Part shown: one piece after another, positions 1-13,569 of the stretch
Layout: the number at the start of each line of letters is the position of its first letter
How positions within the stretch are numbered: the stretch's first letter is position 1
DNA from: Lama glama
Taxonomy: Eukaryota
Length of the DNA stretch: 64,000 nt
Direction of reading: 5' to 3'
Assembly: GCA_028534125.1 (NCBI GenBank)
Contig: CM052837.1
Location: forward strand, 37,014,001-37,078,000
The notes under the pieces: model-generated
The model's input: only the letters and a program-made list of their open reading frames with translations
What the model was told of the DNA's origin: nothing
Database searches by the model: none
Translations under genes and position numbers: made by a program

Positions 1-979
1 AGGGCCAGGCACGTTCCAGTGGATGAGTGTCTGTTCAGTATCCAGACTTGTGTCCGCATGAGATGTGATTCTGGGTGTGCACACATCTTTCAAAGAGGGT
101 GCCTGCCTGTTCTAAAACTCACACACTGTGAGTGTGGGGTCTTCCCCGTGGACACCCGTTTGGGCAAGCTGTTGCCTTCACCAATGCCTTCTCTCCCCAG
201 CCGGCGGGCGGAGGCAGCACCCTCTTCTCCCTGTTCCCATCGGCTGCACATGGAGGAGGAGGACCCAGACAGGGAGCTTTCTATTTCTGGGCGGAGCCAT
301 CACCCAGGGGAGCTGTGTCCCCCACACCCGAGGTGCATGGCCCGGTGCCTCTGCAGTGCCCACACTTGCTCAGGGCCGGGAGTGAGGCACAGGTGCTCAA
401 GGTGAAAAAAGCCCGCCCGTTGCATGTTCCCTTTGCAAAGTCCCTGTGCCTGGGGCCTCAGCCCTGGAGTGAGAAATCGTTTGCAAAAGTGCACCCGGGC
501 CCTCCAGGGCTGACCCGGCCAGAGCCTCCTGGCCTGGGCAGAGGCAAGCAGAGAACCTTGGAAGGCGGGCCTCCTCCCAGGGAAGCACACTCTGCAGCCC
601 CCGAGGCCGCCGCGCAGCACTCGACACCCCCCACCCCAGCAGGTCTGTGCTGACTGTGCTAACCCCACATGCACCTGAGAGCAGAGGAGGTTGGGAACCC
701 CCAGAAGGTGCCCCGTCCAGTCTCAGCTTCCTCACCTACACGCAGGGTGGTCCCTGCCCCTCCCTCACAAGCCCCAGTGAGAAGGAAAACCCAGCCCGGG
801 GAAAGCTCCAAGCAGGGACACCGCGGTTCCTGCTACCCACCGGTGCTCCCGGGATCCTGGGCTCCAGGTGTGAGTCTAACAGGTGGGAGGCTGTTATCTG
901 GCGGGGCCGAGGAGGCTGTCGGGCCGCGCTGGGCTGGGCGGGCGATGTCAGCCGGGCACCCGGGGAGCACTAGCCGGCC

Positions 980-1125
980 TGTAAATACCAGCACACTCTG
1001 TGCAGGTAACTGACTAGTAACTGTCGTGTAACTGCAGGGTAATCACATGGTTATTTTTGCTTTGCGAATTAAGTGTCACTATGAGAGTGAACAATTATGC
1101 AGGGTAATTATACAGCGGTTCACAC
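980..1125. promoter_or_regulatory. AT-rich non-repeat island, candidate conserved non-coding element
   Basis: Sharp AT-rich patch with repeated TGCAGG(G)TAA, GTAACTG and TAATTA; conservation not verifiable here. Confidence 0.45.
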
Positions 1126-2659
1126 GCAAGGCCGGGAGCAATCATCAGATGATCCACAGGACGTGAAGCTGTGGCACAGACACGGAGTCGTCACCACAAT
1201 AGCTGTACACCGGAGGGAGGCTCGGCTGCGCCCACGGGGTACCTCCCGCTGCGCCCGGCCCCCACCTCCCACGCACAGCCAGACCCCACGAGCAACACCG
1301 TTTCCCTGAGGAGACGTCCCCAGACCTCGGACCCGTGGACCCGGCTTGACACGGCCAGTTTTCCAGGAAAGTTGTTCTCTCCCTAATTCCCTGGGGTTTC
1401 AGCAGAGCCGCCGCCGGCCAAGGAGACGGCGTGGAAAGGCAGGAACGGGACAAGGAGCCAGCCTCTCGCCGTTCGCCTGGTGCCCCTCCACACCTCAGCC
1501 CCCAAGAGACCCCAGGCAGGTGCAGCGACGACCCTGACTCAGGGCCCCCAGCTCTCTCCTGTGTCCTCAGCAACCAGGCTGCTCACCAATTAAACTCGGA
1601 GCAGGGGAGGTGGGCTGCCGACTTGGGGTCACTCAGCACCACAGCAACTAAAAGGCATGTTTCAGAATCACACCCTGTAATTCAGTCACAATGAAAAGGG
1701 CGGGGGGAAAGGTCGATATTGTTCTTAATTAGACTAACTGCTTCCTTTCTGCTGGGGACACGTGCGAGCGGCAGTTTAGCAGGGGGAGGAAAAGGCTGGG
1801 AGAGGCAGCCCTGGGCAGGTGACAGACCGGGAGGGAGCTCTGGAAACACATGTGCAGCGGGTCCAATCTGGCCCACCTGGGGCGACTGAGCCGCTTGGAG
1901 GGGCGCAGACCTCCAGTCAGCCAGGTGAGCCTGGGCAGGGACATCGCCGGTGCTGGTGCGGTGCAGGGTGGGGGGCCTCCGGGATGGGAGGGCTGGGGGC
2001 TGGAGGAGGTGAGGGGCGGGAGAGCCACCCCTCCCGGCACCCCCTCCAGGGAGGAGCAGCGAGCAGGGCAGAGCTGGGGGAGGGATGCCCGCTTCTGGTC
2101 CCCCCCCTTCCCCACGGAGGCCCCTCCCCCCCCTCCCCACGGACACACCTGGCCCTTTACTGGGTGGGCTGCGTTGGCTCCCATTCAAGGTGGCTTCCTC
2201 AGGCTTGGGACTGCCATTTGTCCCCTCCTGAGAGACTGGGATCCTGTCTCATCTTTCTGTGACCAGCCTGGGTGGATGGGGGAGTTGCTAAAGCTGGACT
2301 TTGGCTGCAGTGGGTGTTGGGGTGAGGCCAAGGACCCCCACATAGAGAAGGCACCAGAGGGAGGAGGGAGGTCAGAGAGGGCTGTCAGGGGTGGGGGCTG
2401 TCCACAGTGTCTCAGCCAGGAAGCAGCTCCCCTCCTCTCCTGACCCAGGGACCACCCTCAGGGGTCCACACACACCCTCTGCCAGAGCCAAACTCTGAGG
2501 GTCACTGGACCCGGCCCAGCCACCCATGGCCCCCCAGTGAAGGGCGGGGTCCCTTTGCCTTAGAGACTCTCCACGGACAGGGCGGGGGCTCCTCCCACAC
2601 CCACCAGCAGAGGCGGCCCCCACCTGCCTCCCCCAGGGAGGCCGTGGCACTCAGACTCT

Positions 2660-2856
2660 GAAAGCATATTTGTTAAATGCAGCATATAGCTCATGATTAG
2701 ATTTTAATTTCAATACACTTTGTTAAAAATAGATCACTCTCACCAAGAGCGGGGCTGCAGGAAGGCTTTAAACGGCTCATCTTTGGAATATTAATAGCAT
2801 GGAAAGTGTTATTGGAATAATTTTTCATCATGAATAATAAATTAATAGGATAATCT
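2660..2856. promoter_or_regulatory. AT-rich TAAT-dense island, candidate enhancer/CNE
   Basis: Multiple ATTA/TAAT and TTTGTT motifs in a GC-rich background; no repeat recognised. Confidence 0.45.
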
Positions 2857-5800
2857 GGTGGTGCCATGTGACCCCCGGGTAAGGGTGGGCTTTGTGTCGG
2901 CGGAGTGGGGAGGAGGGTTTGGGGTGTGGATGGAGGATGGAGCTGCCGGGGCTGAGGAGGTGCCAGACATTAACCGGGCTAGGTGTCTGCAGGGATGGGG
3001 GACTCCCACACGCATCTGGGTGGAGGACGGGGCTTGGGACCAGTCCTGCGGAATTTCTGAGCTGAAAGGTCTTGGATTACAGATCAGCTTAGCCAGTTCC
3101 TTACTCCAACAAAAACAGCTGGAAAAAGTCCACAGTCCGAGAGCCCCAGTAAAGCCCCATCCTGTTGGGGAGAGCGTGTGCTTTTTATTCTTTTGGCCCC
3201 CCTACAACTTTCTCGAATGCTTTTTTCTCCTTGGCAAACATCAGGCATTTTCAAGTCATCAAAAACCTGGAAAAATTGTTTGATGGAGCACAGGGGGCTA
3301 ATTACAGAGTAAGGGGATGTCTTTGGGGCCCAAGGGTCTCCTCGGCCCTCTGTGATGCTCAGACCCCCGAGGTCACACCCGCTTCCTCACCTGCCTGTGG
3401 TGGGAACTGCCCACAGGAACCCCACAGTGGCAGGTCACAGGTACAAGCACGCGGGGTCGCCCTGCTGGCCAGAGTCAAGGACAGAGACTCTCGCTGGCTC
3501 TGCTCGGGTGAGGTGTCCCCTCCTGGCCAGTCAGCTGCGGCCGAGGCAGACGGAGATGTGGGGCTGACCTTGCAGATGGAGCTGTGGTGTGGGATTGACC
3601 TTGAAGGTGGAGGTACCACTTGCACCTGGAGTTCCAGACAGATCCTTGTCTGCCTTCTAGCTGCTGTGGGTGAGAATGAGGCTAGCGGGACCCTCGGGAG
3701 GGTTTCGGGGAGCATGCCTTATAGGGGGCTTCCTGGAAAGGCTGGCCTGAGGACAGGGGCTACTGGTCCTGCCCTGGGAGTAGCTATGCCCTGAGCACCA
3801 GGTTGTGGCTTCCTCGGGGCCATCCCAGGAGTCACAAGGGGAGCTCAGGCCTGTAGATCTGAGAGGCAGGACCTCGGGTGGGCAGGGCAAGCTTGGCCGT
3901 TGGGGGAGGGGCCAGGATACCAGGGCGCCACACCTGCTGAATAAGCCGCAGGCGGGGCATGGCTCCCTTGGGCCGTGTGGGTGGAAGGCAGAGTTGTAAC
4001 CCCTGGCCCACTGTTTCCATGGATGCCCCTCCAAGCACCGTCCCCAGACTGGCCAACAAAGGCATCTCAGGCTGGACGTTAGACAATTTCTTTGGCACAG
4101 TCTCAGGTGTACATGCCCCAGTGTGAGTGTGCGAGTGTGCATGTGTGTGAACTAGAGTGCGCATGTGTGTGCTTGTGAACACACACGTGTGTCCTGCTGA
4201 CAGCCGCTGTCCCTCAGACCACTCAGCCCTCCTCAGTCTGGGGCTGCGGGCTGGGGAGAGGGGCTCCAACCATGCATCTCTGTGGGAGCCCCGCCTCCAC
4301 TGCATCCAGGAGCCACAGTCACCCACGAGGAAACGCAAGCGCCGCCCGGGGCTGTATCCTCTCTGTCCTTTCTCCGGTGTCTTCCCAGCAGCTGACAATT
4401 AACGTTCGAAGGAACATGAAACAGAGGAGAAATTACAGCAATTCATCAACCGAAATGATAGGGATAGACATGTGTCGGCAGTGGAAACAGTTTCTATCAA
4501 AATTAAAGTATTTAGAGACTTTCCTCAAATTTCAAATTATGCAAATCACGTCTTCCGTGTGGCTGCCCTGCTGAGGCTCTACCTGCAGGATTACCCAGAA
4601 GTGCCACACGCGCCGTCGTGACTGGGTCCCTCCCGCCCTGCCGCCGCTCCCTCGCTGTCCAGCTCGAGAAGGTCACAGAGGCCCGGCCCGGGAACCAGGC
4701 AGTCCCGTGCTCGAGGAGGACCCTGGGCCTCGGAGACCCACAGAGCTGCACAAACTGTCCAGACGGAAGCAGGCGTTCATCCTGGTCACCATCCTGGTCA
4801 CTGTCCCTGCTACACGTTCATCAATGGCACAGTGGCCATCGGCCAGAAGGGACATGACTGGGACACGTGGCCACCCCCTGGCACTGTGGCCAGGGCAAGT
4901 CTAGGGCGGCTGCGAGCAGAGCCCAGACGGGTCCAGATTCTAGCTATGAGCCAGGGACCCCAGAGCTGGGCTTCTCTGGCTCAATGTACCCCAAAGTCCC
5001 CTGGAGCCGGCGTTGAAGTGCAGATTCCAATGCAGAAGTTCTAGTTCTGCATTTCTAGCTGGCTCCCAGGTGACGTGGCAGGAGCGCCGAGAGGTGGTCG
5101 GGGACTGGGAGCCTCAGGGCCTGGGGCCCACACAAACCAGGTGTGCTGTGCACAGCCCAGGCTGCTGCCCGCTCGGAGGCGGAGGCTGGGATGACCCTGG
5201 CCCCCAGCCCTGTGTCGGGTCTCGCGTGCCTGGGAGCCAGGCCTGCGGCTGGCTTCTGGACATTAGCTCTGGGAGGCGGGCGTGGCCCCAGAGCTCTATT
5301 CCCATGCCATGGGCTCTGCCACTTAATTTCAATGTAATTGATGTCGAATTGAGCACCCAGCCCCCTGTGGAATGCCTGATGAATTCACCGTGATTAACGG
5401 TTTTCCAAGCTCAGGACGGTGGCCAATCAGAGCTGCCACTCCTGACAAGGTTAAGCAGGCCAGGGACACTGGCAGAACAAGATGAGGGCAGGGAGGGGCG
5501 CCTTGGCCCACACCAGCCCCAGCTTCTTGGCGGCCCCCAACCCACAGACCATGTAATGAAGCTGTGTGCTGCAGGGCAGGGAGTTGGGGAGCCAGTTCCT
5601 AGCAAGTAGAGAGATAATGGGAGGAGGTGGAGGAGGGGGCTTGGTGGGCAGGGCTGGGGGCCTGGTGCAGAGGAGGGCAGAGATGGCTCTGTCCCCGCTC
5701 CTGCTCCGGAGTCCAGGGCTCTGAGCATCTTGCTGCTTGCTGAGACCCCAAACCCTCCACAATAGAGATTCCCAGCCCCGTGGCCCAGGGCAGGGGCCCG

Positions 5801-8069
5801 CGGAGAGCAGCGGCCCAGGCCACATGCTCGGCCAGCTCGCCTGGGCAGACACCCTTGGCCTTAGACAACACAGCGGCTGTGGATGGTGGACCAGTGACTG
5901 GGTCGCCAGTCCTTCAAAGATGCTGGGTCCATGGCCACATCTTGGTACAGCGCAACTCTGCAGGATGGGTCACTGCACACTTAGCGCGAGCTCTGCCACT
6001 GAGCCGCACCCTCCTCTCTCCTGACGAGCGACCAGGAGGATGCTGAGAGAGGCAAGGTCTGCCGGCACCCAGCGTTCACAGGGATCTACGACCGAGTGTC
6101 TTCAAGGACGGCCTGAGGGTGCTTCTTGTAGGGTGGAGATGACAACGAACGTTACAGTTTAGATTTTAAAATAATGCTTGTTAGTTTCAGATCTACACAA
6201 TACATGGGCCGTGGTGCGCGTAACTGGGACCTCCCAAAGCACCTAAGCAGGTTCTCTTAGTGGGTTTCGGGTCTCCTTGCATCTTGTTTCCTCCCTGGGA
6301 GAGGGTGCACGGCCAACCTTCCCTGTGCTGCTGCCAGATCACCACCGATTCCAGATTAGTGGGAACTAGATTACTGAGACTTCACTCTAAAAAGGCGACC
6401 CCGGGAACTGAAGGGGCCAGTGCGTGCTCTGTAGGTATGTCCCCACAGAGGACGCATTGACCCGTCCTGCAGAGATGCACCGTACTGAGATGCCGCTGTG
6501 GCTCCGGCATTTTTGAAGTGTTTTTGAGGGCTTGGGACTGGCTGCAGACCCCAGGTAGGGGAGGCGGGTTCAGACACTTCTGTGCTAAGGGCAGTCCGGG
6601 CCACCACGGCAGCCCAGGCCGAAGTCCTCCAAAGGCCCCCTGCAGCCCCCAGGCCAGGAGCTGGGGGAACGTGCTCCCGCCAGCTGGTGACTCCCGGACT
6701 CGTGTCTTTGCTATGGACTCGCGGCCTGACTGGGACGTCGCTCCCAGGCAGGGCCTTGCTGGGCCAGAGTCTCAGGCTGCAGCCTCTCCCCAGGACAGGC
6801 CTGCGGAGGCCCTCCGCCCCTCGCCACGCATAAGAACAGACTCACAGTCGCCGCTGAGGAGAGACCCACGGAAGCCTCAGACGTGGACTTCAGCGCAGAG
6901 AGCTGAAGAGCGATGCTGCGGCCCGGGTTTTCAGCCCATGGGGCCCAAGATCCTGGGAGGAACTGCTTTGGACTCAAGACACTCTTGGGGAAGCAGGTTG
7001 GAGTTTGGGACCCCCAAGGCCTGTCCTCGGTCTCTTGATTTCTTGTTCTGTTCCTGGCCCTCTGCCAACATGCGTGGAGGGAGCCCAGCCCTGACCACCC
7101 TGACCGAGCGGAGCCAGGCCTGCACACAGCGGAAGTCGGGGGATGCCTCGGGTGCCTCCACCTCGGCACCTCGACGGCTCCTGTCTCTGCCCCCACTGGG
7201 GACACCCGCTCCATCCTCTCCCGTGAAGCTCGGTCCTGCTCTGCGCTGCAGCAGCAATGGCCTTGCTGGTGGGGGGTCCAGGCAGGTTTGGGGGATGGAG
7301 GTGCAGAGTAAGGAGGGGACTGGGATGAGGGTGGCCATGGGGACAGCAAGCCAGGCCCAGGGCAGCCTGGAGGCCACGTGGAACTCCACAAAGGAGAGGA
7401 CAGATGAGGAAGGGGTCCCCAGAGCAGAGAATATGCAAAGGTGAGACAGCAGGGGGGTGAGCCAGAGAACCGGTGCGCTGGGGCTGCAGGAGGGCCGGTG
7501 GGCTTTTGTGGCCCTGAGTAACAGCTGTTCCACACCTAGTGATGACTAACCCTGCCGGGGGCACTCCGCCCAGGCTCAGCAGGTCCTGAGCCCCCAGGCG
7601 GTGGCCTGGAGACCCATTCCCCGGGCAGCGGGACTGAGGCCGCTGTCCCGGGATTCGACCCCCCTGCTCCGACTCCAGCACCTCCTGCTCTGCCCTTCCC
7701 CTTGGGGCTTTGCTGGTCAGGAGGAGGCCTGGCCTCTCTGAGGTGGCGCTTCCCCAGGTGAGCCAGGCTCAAGATGGAGCTGAGAGCCCCAGGCCAGGTG
7801 CCCCCCAAATCCTGACAGTTCCAGGGAGGCCGGAATCAGGCAGAGCACCAGGGCTTGAGACATCCCTGCCAGACCCTCCGTGCAGACCTCAGACCGGCTG
7901 GGAACGTACAGGTTTCCATCAGAAACGGGGTTTGGACAGGGGTGGGGGTCTCACAAACTCTCAGAATAATTGTCCCAAGTCTCTGCTCCCCTCTGCGTGC
8001 AAACAGGCCGTGCCCATCTTTTTTTGTCCTGTTTTCCCCAAAATGCCCCTGACTTCAGCGTGCTCATCA

Positions 8070-8420
8070 CCCGTGTTTCAAATATCCTTTAATAAGCAAT
8101 TACCTGTGAACTTAAAACTGCTCTAAAAAATAGTCTTTTTAAAAAAACGATTGATAGATGTGGATTTAGGAGTGTCCATGTCATTAGCGAGCTGGCAGGT
8201 TTGAGATGAGTTTCCACATCTCTTTCTAGTGGAATTTTCCTTTCTTTTTTTGCAGTTAAAGCCAGGTGTCATGGTCACCTTTGAGATATTTTTGTTGAGG
8301 GTGGCCAGGACTTTCACTCTGGAACAATGATACTCGGAACATGAAATTGCTTCTGAACAAAAGTCAAACTAATGAGGTGTGGAGTGGGCCTTTAGGAGTC
8401 AGAACGGGAAGCTAATTCAG
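8070..8420. promoter_or_regulatory. AT-rich island, candidate CNE
   Basis: Compositional island with homeobox-like motifs; no repeat recognised. Confidence 0.4.
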
Positions 8421-8609
8421 CCGGCAGCACGAGGCCTCCCCGCGCACTGGCCGCCAGAGGCCGTCGTCACAAGAGCATCTTTTGGGGAATGACATGGGGC
8501 TGGGGCTCCAGGCACTTGTAGCTGCTCCTGGCAGGAAGCCAGGCATGTTGCCCCTCAGACTTGATGCCTGGGACCTGCCTGCTGGTTTGGGTCCCCCAGA
8601 AACAGATGT

Positions 8610-8835
8610 AAATGTGCATATGCACAGACACACAGGCACACGTGCACACATGCATGCGCACATAGACACATATGCACACACGTGTACACATGCATGCACA
8701 CAGACACGTGCGCACATAGACACATATGCACACACAGACACACATGTACACATGCATGCACACAGACACGTGCACACATGCATGTGCACATATACACACA
8801 TGCACACAGAGACACACATGCACACACACATTTGT
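8610..8835 (+). repeat. Degenerate CA/CATG-rich microsatellite
   Basis: cacacatgcacacagacacg-type units. Confidence 0.9.
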
Positions 8836-9629
8836 GTGGAGGGCGATCTTAGGAAATCTAGTCAGGGTGTGGGGACGCAGGGAGGGGTGCAGCGGCAATC
8901 GGGGAGCCAGCACAGAACACTCTCCTCAGAGATATCCCCCGAGGGTGGGAGAGCCGCAGTGCTCACACCTCGACTTCTCCTGTCGGCTGCCGTGAGGCTG
9001 CTCCTGGCCCTCCCTGGCTCTGGAGAGGGGCCTCAAGCAGAGAGATACAGGGAAGGCAGGTGTGCATCAGCTGGAATGCATGCGGGGGCGGCCAGGGGAG
9101 GCGGGTGGAGCCAACTGCGCCTGCTCCACTTAGATTTAAACCAGCTGTGACATTTCACAGCATTTGTAGTTTTCAGAGCACTTTTATGTATATCAAAGTA
9201 GCCACTAAGAGAGCAAATGGGGCCTCATTTGTCCTTCAGTAAATGTGAGCTGAGCTCCCAGAAGGTGTGGGGTTGGTGGCCAGAGGCAGACCCAGGTCCC
9301 TGTCCTCAGGGGACTCTGGGTGTGTGACCTTTGTCCTAATGCATTGGGATTTTTCAGAAGCATGACTGCTCCCAGGCACTGACAGAGCCTGGGTTGAGGA
9401 GCAAATGGTCAGTTATGGTTTTTACATTATCATGAATTCTCCAAGCAAGACTCCCCAAGCAGATATCCCCAAGAGCTGAGAGTGGAGCGTTCAGCCATAA
9501 TGCCAGGTGGATAAAGCCCCCTCCCCTACACAAGTACACAGGCACAGTGCTCACACACACAGACACACACCACATACATGCACACGCAAGGTATGTGTAT
9601 AAATGCACACACTCATGCAGATGCACAGA

Positions 9630-9850
9630 GGAGGCAGCTGTGTGGTTAGATGGCTTAGGGATAGACAAAACTGGTCTGGTCCCAAACCTGCTCAAAGACA
9701 CTCGGACGTCCCCAGGTCTCAGTTTCCTCATCTGTGAAATGGGGGTGGTGTTTCTTGCCCAGCCTACGTCTCAAGAAGATGATGAAAAGTCAAATGAGAT
9801 AACAGACGGGAAGATCAGTTTGAGGGTGAAAGCTCTTTCTAGGCATAAGG
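9630..9850 (+). mobile_element. MIR SINE
   Basis: Core ctcagtttcctcatctgtgaaatggggg followed by aaatgagataa. Confidence 0.85.
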
Positions 9851-10374
9851 ACAAGTTACCATAGAAGGTTGCTAATATTGTCCCCTGACCTGTGAGCCAA
9901 GGAGAGTTGAGGGTGAAGCAGACCTCAACGCAGGAAGGGGCAGTCAGTCATGAAGTGACCCCCTGCTTGGGAACACGTGTGCGCGAGGCACCCTCTCCAG
10001 GACAAGGTAAGACCTCGACCCCCACCCCAGGCCAAGTCCTGGTCTCCATGGAGGTGCTGGAGGCTTAGACGCAGAGCTCAAGGGCAACTGGCTGGGGCCC
10101 AGTCAGGCTGAAAGCCACGGAAGAGGTAGGAGGACACAGGGGTCCCCTTCTCCCTATGTCCCCACCCGCCCTCTTCTCTCCTAACATCTTAAGTCAGTGC
10201 TAGAAAAAGCGTGCTAAAACCGAGTGCTCTCTTGCAGGAAGGTCGCATCTGCCACCCCCGGCTCAGCGCCTCCTGCTCAGGGAAACTTCCAGGCACCCCG
10301 TCCAGACCAGCCATCCACCATGCCCTCATCATTCAGCACATATCCTCTTCGTGGCTCTTACAACAGGTGTAGTC

Positions 10375-10500
10375 ACACGTCCATTCACACAATAATCTGT
10401 CTGTCCTACTGGACTCTGAGCTCCACGAGGGTGGGGGCTAAACCTGGGTTTTCCCCGCTTGAATCCCCCAAGTAGCCCAGAGCCAGGAACGGAGCACAAC
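10375..10500 (+). mobile_element. L2 LINE 3' fragment
   Basis: tgtctgtcctactggactctgagctccacgagggtgggg resembles the L2 3' end. Confidence 0.65.
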
Positions 10501-10777
10501 AGCACCCTGACCTTCAGCCTTTTAGTGACTTGCCTCCCATTTCATTAAGTGCAATGAAATGCCGCTGCACACATATTCCCATGGGAAGAAATAATTTGCA
10601 AAAAATTCTGGAGTTCTTTGCAATGAAATCTACTGTCCACATGAGCACACCTGTGAGGATGGCTGTGCAGGTCATAGCCAGAGAGCTGAGTAACTGCAGG
10701 GTTAAGTCCCCGAGAGACCAGGGTCAGAGATGGCCAAGGGTCTGGTGGGTGGAGCGTGCGGCTTCCGAGTGGCACCA

Positions 10778-10798
10778 TTCAGCACCTCGGACAGCGCC
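10778..10798 (+). promoter_or_regulatory. Canonical RE1/NRSE (REST binding site)
   Basis: TTCAGCACCTCGGACAGCGCC matches every specified position of TTCAGCACCnnGGACAGCGCC. Confidence 0.92.
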
Positions 10799-11194
10799 CG
10801 CCATCGCCGCCCCGGGGCCAGGTTTGCTCTGTTTTCTTGGGGCCTCAGGATTACGGATGATTGCACAAAGCCATGATGGACGTACCCTTTCTGGGGCCAA
10901 AGCGTCTGCTTTTCTCCTCAAAGCCTCCCCTGGCTCAGAACAGGACGGGGTTCAGGCGCTGGCTCACCACCAGCTCCTTTGCTGTGTGATTTCATCACAC
11001 CCCTGGTCTCAGCTCCCACCAGCCTGGAAGGAGGGGCACCACGTCCCAGCTGAGGCCTCGCTGAGGGTCCTCGGGTGTGACCTGCTCTGTGTTATTGGTT
11101 TACCTTCCAGCATCTTCTCTCCTCCTTGGTCGAAACCTCTGCTTCTGCCTGTTTCTGCAGCCGAGATGCTGCCTGTTGACTGACTCCTGTCCCT

Positions 11195-11255
11195 CCAAAC
11201 AGGTGTGGTGCTGGCACATGGTAGGACCTGATACGTAATTGTTGATTGAATGAAA
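11195..11255 (+). mobile_element. L2 3' tail
   Basis: ctggcacatggtaggacctgatacgtaattgttgattgaatgaa. Confidence 0.65.
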
Positions 11256-11711
11256 AGAGCGCGACTTCCTGATTTCCTTCCTGGAAACTCGATTGTGCAG
11301 ATGCCAACAGAATTCAATTTAAATGTGAAAAGAGAGTAAACAAACCTGTAAGTTGCCGGCTCTCCACGGAGTCAGCACGTCGTCGGCGCCGAGTGCAGGC
11401 GTCACTAGAAGGAAATGGCTTGTTTTTCCGGGTTCCCCTCACACAGGCTGGAGTAAAGAGCGGGGTGAGCAGGCTGAACAACTCGAGCCGTGTTTGCCTG
11501 TGGCTTGTGGGTGGCGTTCCCAGCCTTTTATGAACGGCTCATGATAGCGGTCATTCTCAAGTGGAGAAATGGCATCCTAGCCAAGGGGCCCCCGTGTTCT
11601 TAGAGAACATGGGACATTCCCAAGTACCTGACCTCCCCGAGGGACCATGCAGCCTGCACACAGACAGGGAGCAGGGCAGGGGCTGGTCCTGCACCCGCTC
11701 ACCTGAGCACC

Positions 11712-11895
11712 TGTGAGTTTCCTGTGGCCACAAACTGGGGGCTTAAAACAACACAAACATATTCTCTCACAGTCCTGGAGGCCACATGTCCAAAGTCAAA
11801 GTGTCTGTAGTGTCAGTTCCCTCTCGGGGTCCTGAGGGGGCCTGTGTTCCCTGCCTCTCTTGGCTCCTGGCAGCTCCTCTGTGCCACTGAGGCCC
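11712..11895 (-). mobile_element. MLT1 (ERVL-MaLR) LTR fragment
   Basis: cacaaactgggggcttaaaacaacacaaacatattctctcacagtcctggaggcc is the typical antisense MLT1 3' end. Confidence 0.85.
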
Positions 11896-12299
11896 CCAGT
11901 CCTTCGAGAGGAGTTGTGCGGTGGATGCCGGCAGGGCCAGGACCAGGGAGACCACCCGTCCAGGTGCCCCCGCCCTCCCACCTCCTGGTGCACATGTGCA
12001 GGCCTTGCATCTCCCAGTCCAGCGCCCAGAGTTTGGGGGTCATCCCAGACAGCCACAAGCAATCAGTCAAGCCACAGGGGCAGCGCGTGCATCCCCCCCT
12101 CACCTGACCCCAGGCCGATGATGTGTCTGGAAACACCCAGGAGGCCCTTCCTGCAGCAGAGGGGTCGGGGCGGCGTCTTCCTTCACCAGCTGGCTCCCAT
12201 CTCTGCCTATAAGTCCCCCTCCACCTTCTCCATAAATGGCTCCCTCTAAAAACACCGTCAACACGCTACAGACCCAACACACTCCCGCAGAACCGCTCC

Positions 12300-12420
12300 A
12301 TGATCGTCTGTAATTGCTGAGGATTAATTTGCTAATTGCAGCGAACCTGCATCCTTTTTGTTTTATATCAATTAGCAGAGTAATTAAAAGAAGCAATCTC
12401 TTTGACAGCTTCTCCCTGGC
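12300..12420. promoter_or_regulatory. Homeodomain-site cluster, candidate CNE
   Basis: Five TAATT/AATTA cores in about 80 bp plus TGACAG (MEIS/TGIF type) at 12403-12408. Confidence 0.55.
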
Positions 12421-13569
12421 AGACTTGGCCCCGGAACTAATGAGGCCAGGCTGCCTTTCACGGCCTCCATGTGGCCCTGCCCTTCCGCATGGCCTCCTGC
12501 GAACACCGTCCTCTGACACAGGAGTGCCCGAGATGAGGAGGCTCTGAGGCGGAGGGGCCAGCTCCGGGGTCCCATTGGGGTCTTCATGGAGCAGGGGACT
12601 CTCCAGCCCACCGACTTCCCTGTGGCTCCTGGATGCATGGGAGGAACAGATCCCTGAGACCAATGAAGAGCTGGAGCCCTGCACGGTCCCGCCCTGACCA
12701 CCCAACGCCCCAGGGCAGCCGAGATGCCCTACAGGGCCCACCTTCCGGCCGAGTGGACGTGATCTCTGCCCCTCCATGTGGTGCCCGTGAGGACGTCACG
12801 TCTGCAGAGGTGCCTCAGCAGGGCATCCGGTGAAGACATGAGGACCTCTGCCCTGGACAAAGGAGGGATGGCCATAGCGCGTGCAGGGAGCACGGCTGGG
12901 TGGGTGGCCTTCTAGGGAGGGGCTGCTGTGCCCACCCGGACCCTGGCCAGGCCTGGGAGGAGAGTCTGACGGTCCCGGGTGGGGCCGGGCCCAAGACAAG
13001 AGGGCTGAGGCCCGGCTGGGAAGCCACCCAGCTCAGGTGCCCTTAGCCAGGAGGGTCAGAATAGGGGGACGTCATGCTGGTCAAGGCTGGCTGGGCATCT
13101 GGGTGGGCCTCTGGGTGGGCCCGTGTCTGCCTCCACCACCAGAGTCCCCCCTCCCTTGGGCTACATGCACATGTGCACATGCACACACGTGCACACACAT
13201 ACACTCCACCTCTGCGCCAGGTCAGGTCGGGGTCGGGGGGACCTGCTATAGCTGGGCCTTTCCTCCTTGACCTCCGAGCTCCCTGACCGCAGCCCTCCGT
13301 CCAAATGGGGGTCCTTTCTGGCAGGTCTGCAGCTAGAATCTCCATCTTTTCCAAAAATAATCAGAACGTGTCTTCTGCTTCTAGAATCTCGGTTTTCAGG
13401 TGTCAGAAGGGGGCGGAGATGGATGCTCCGTGAGGACAGTGTCCTCTGCTCTGTGCCGGGCTTGGCTGCCCACCAGGGGCCCAGGGCCCCAGTTAAACCC
13501 AACTTTGAAGTCCATCCCTATGGCTTCTCCTTCACGGCCTCAGAGGAAGCTGGACCCAGGAGCTGTGCC

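Noticed and set aside
6518-7681. Overlapping 200-308-aa ORFs on both strands
   Set aside because: Mutually overlapping, no domain, no splice support
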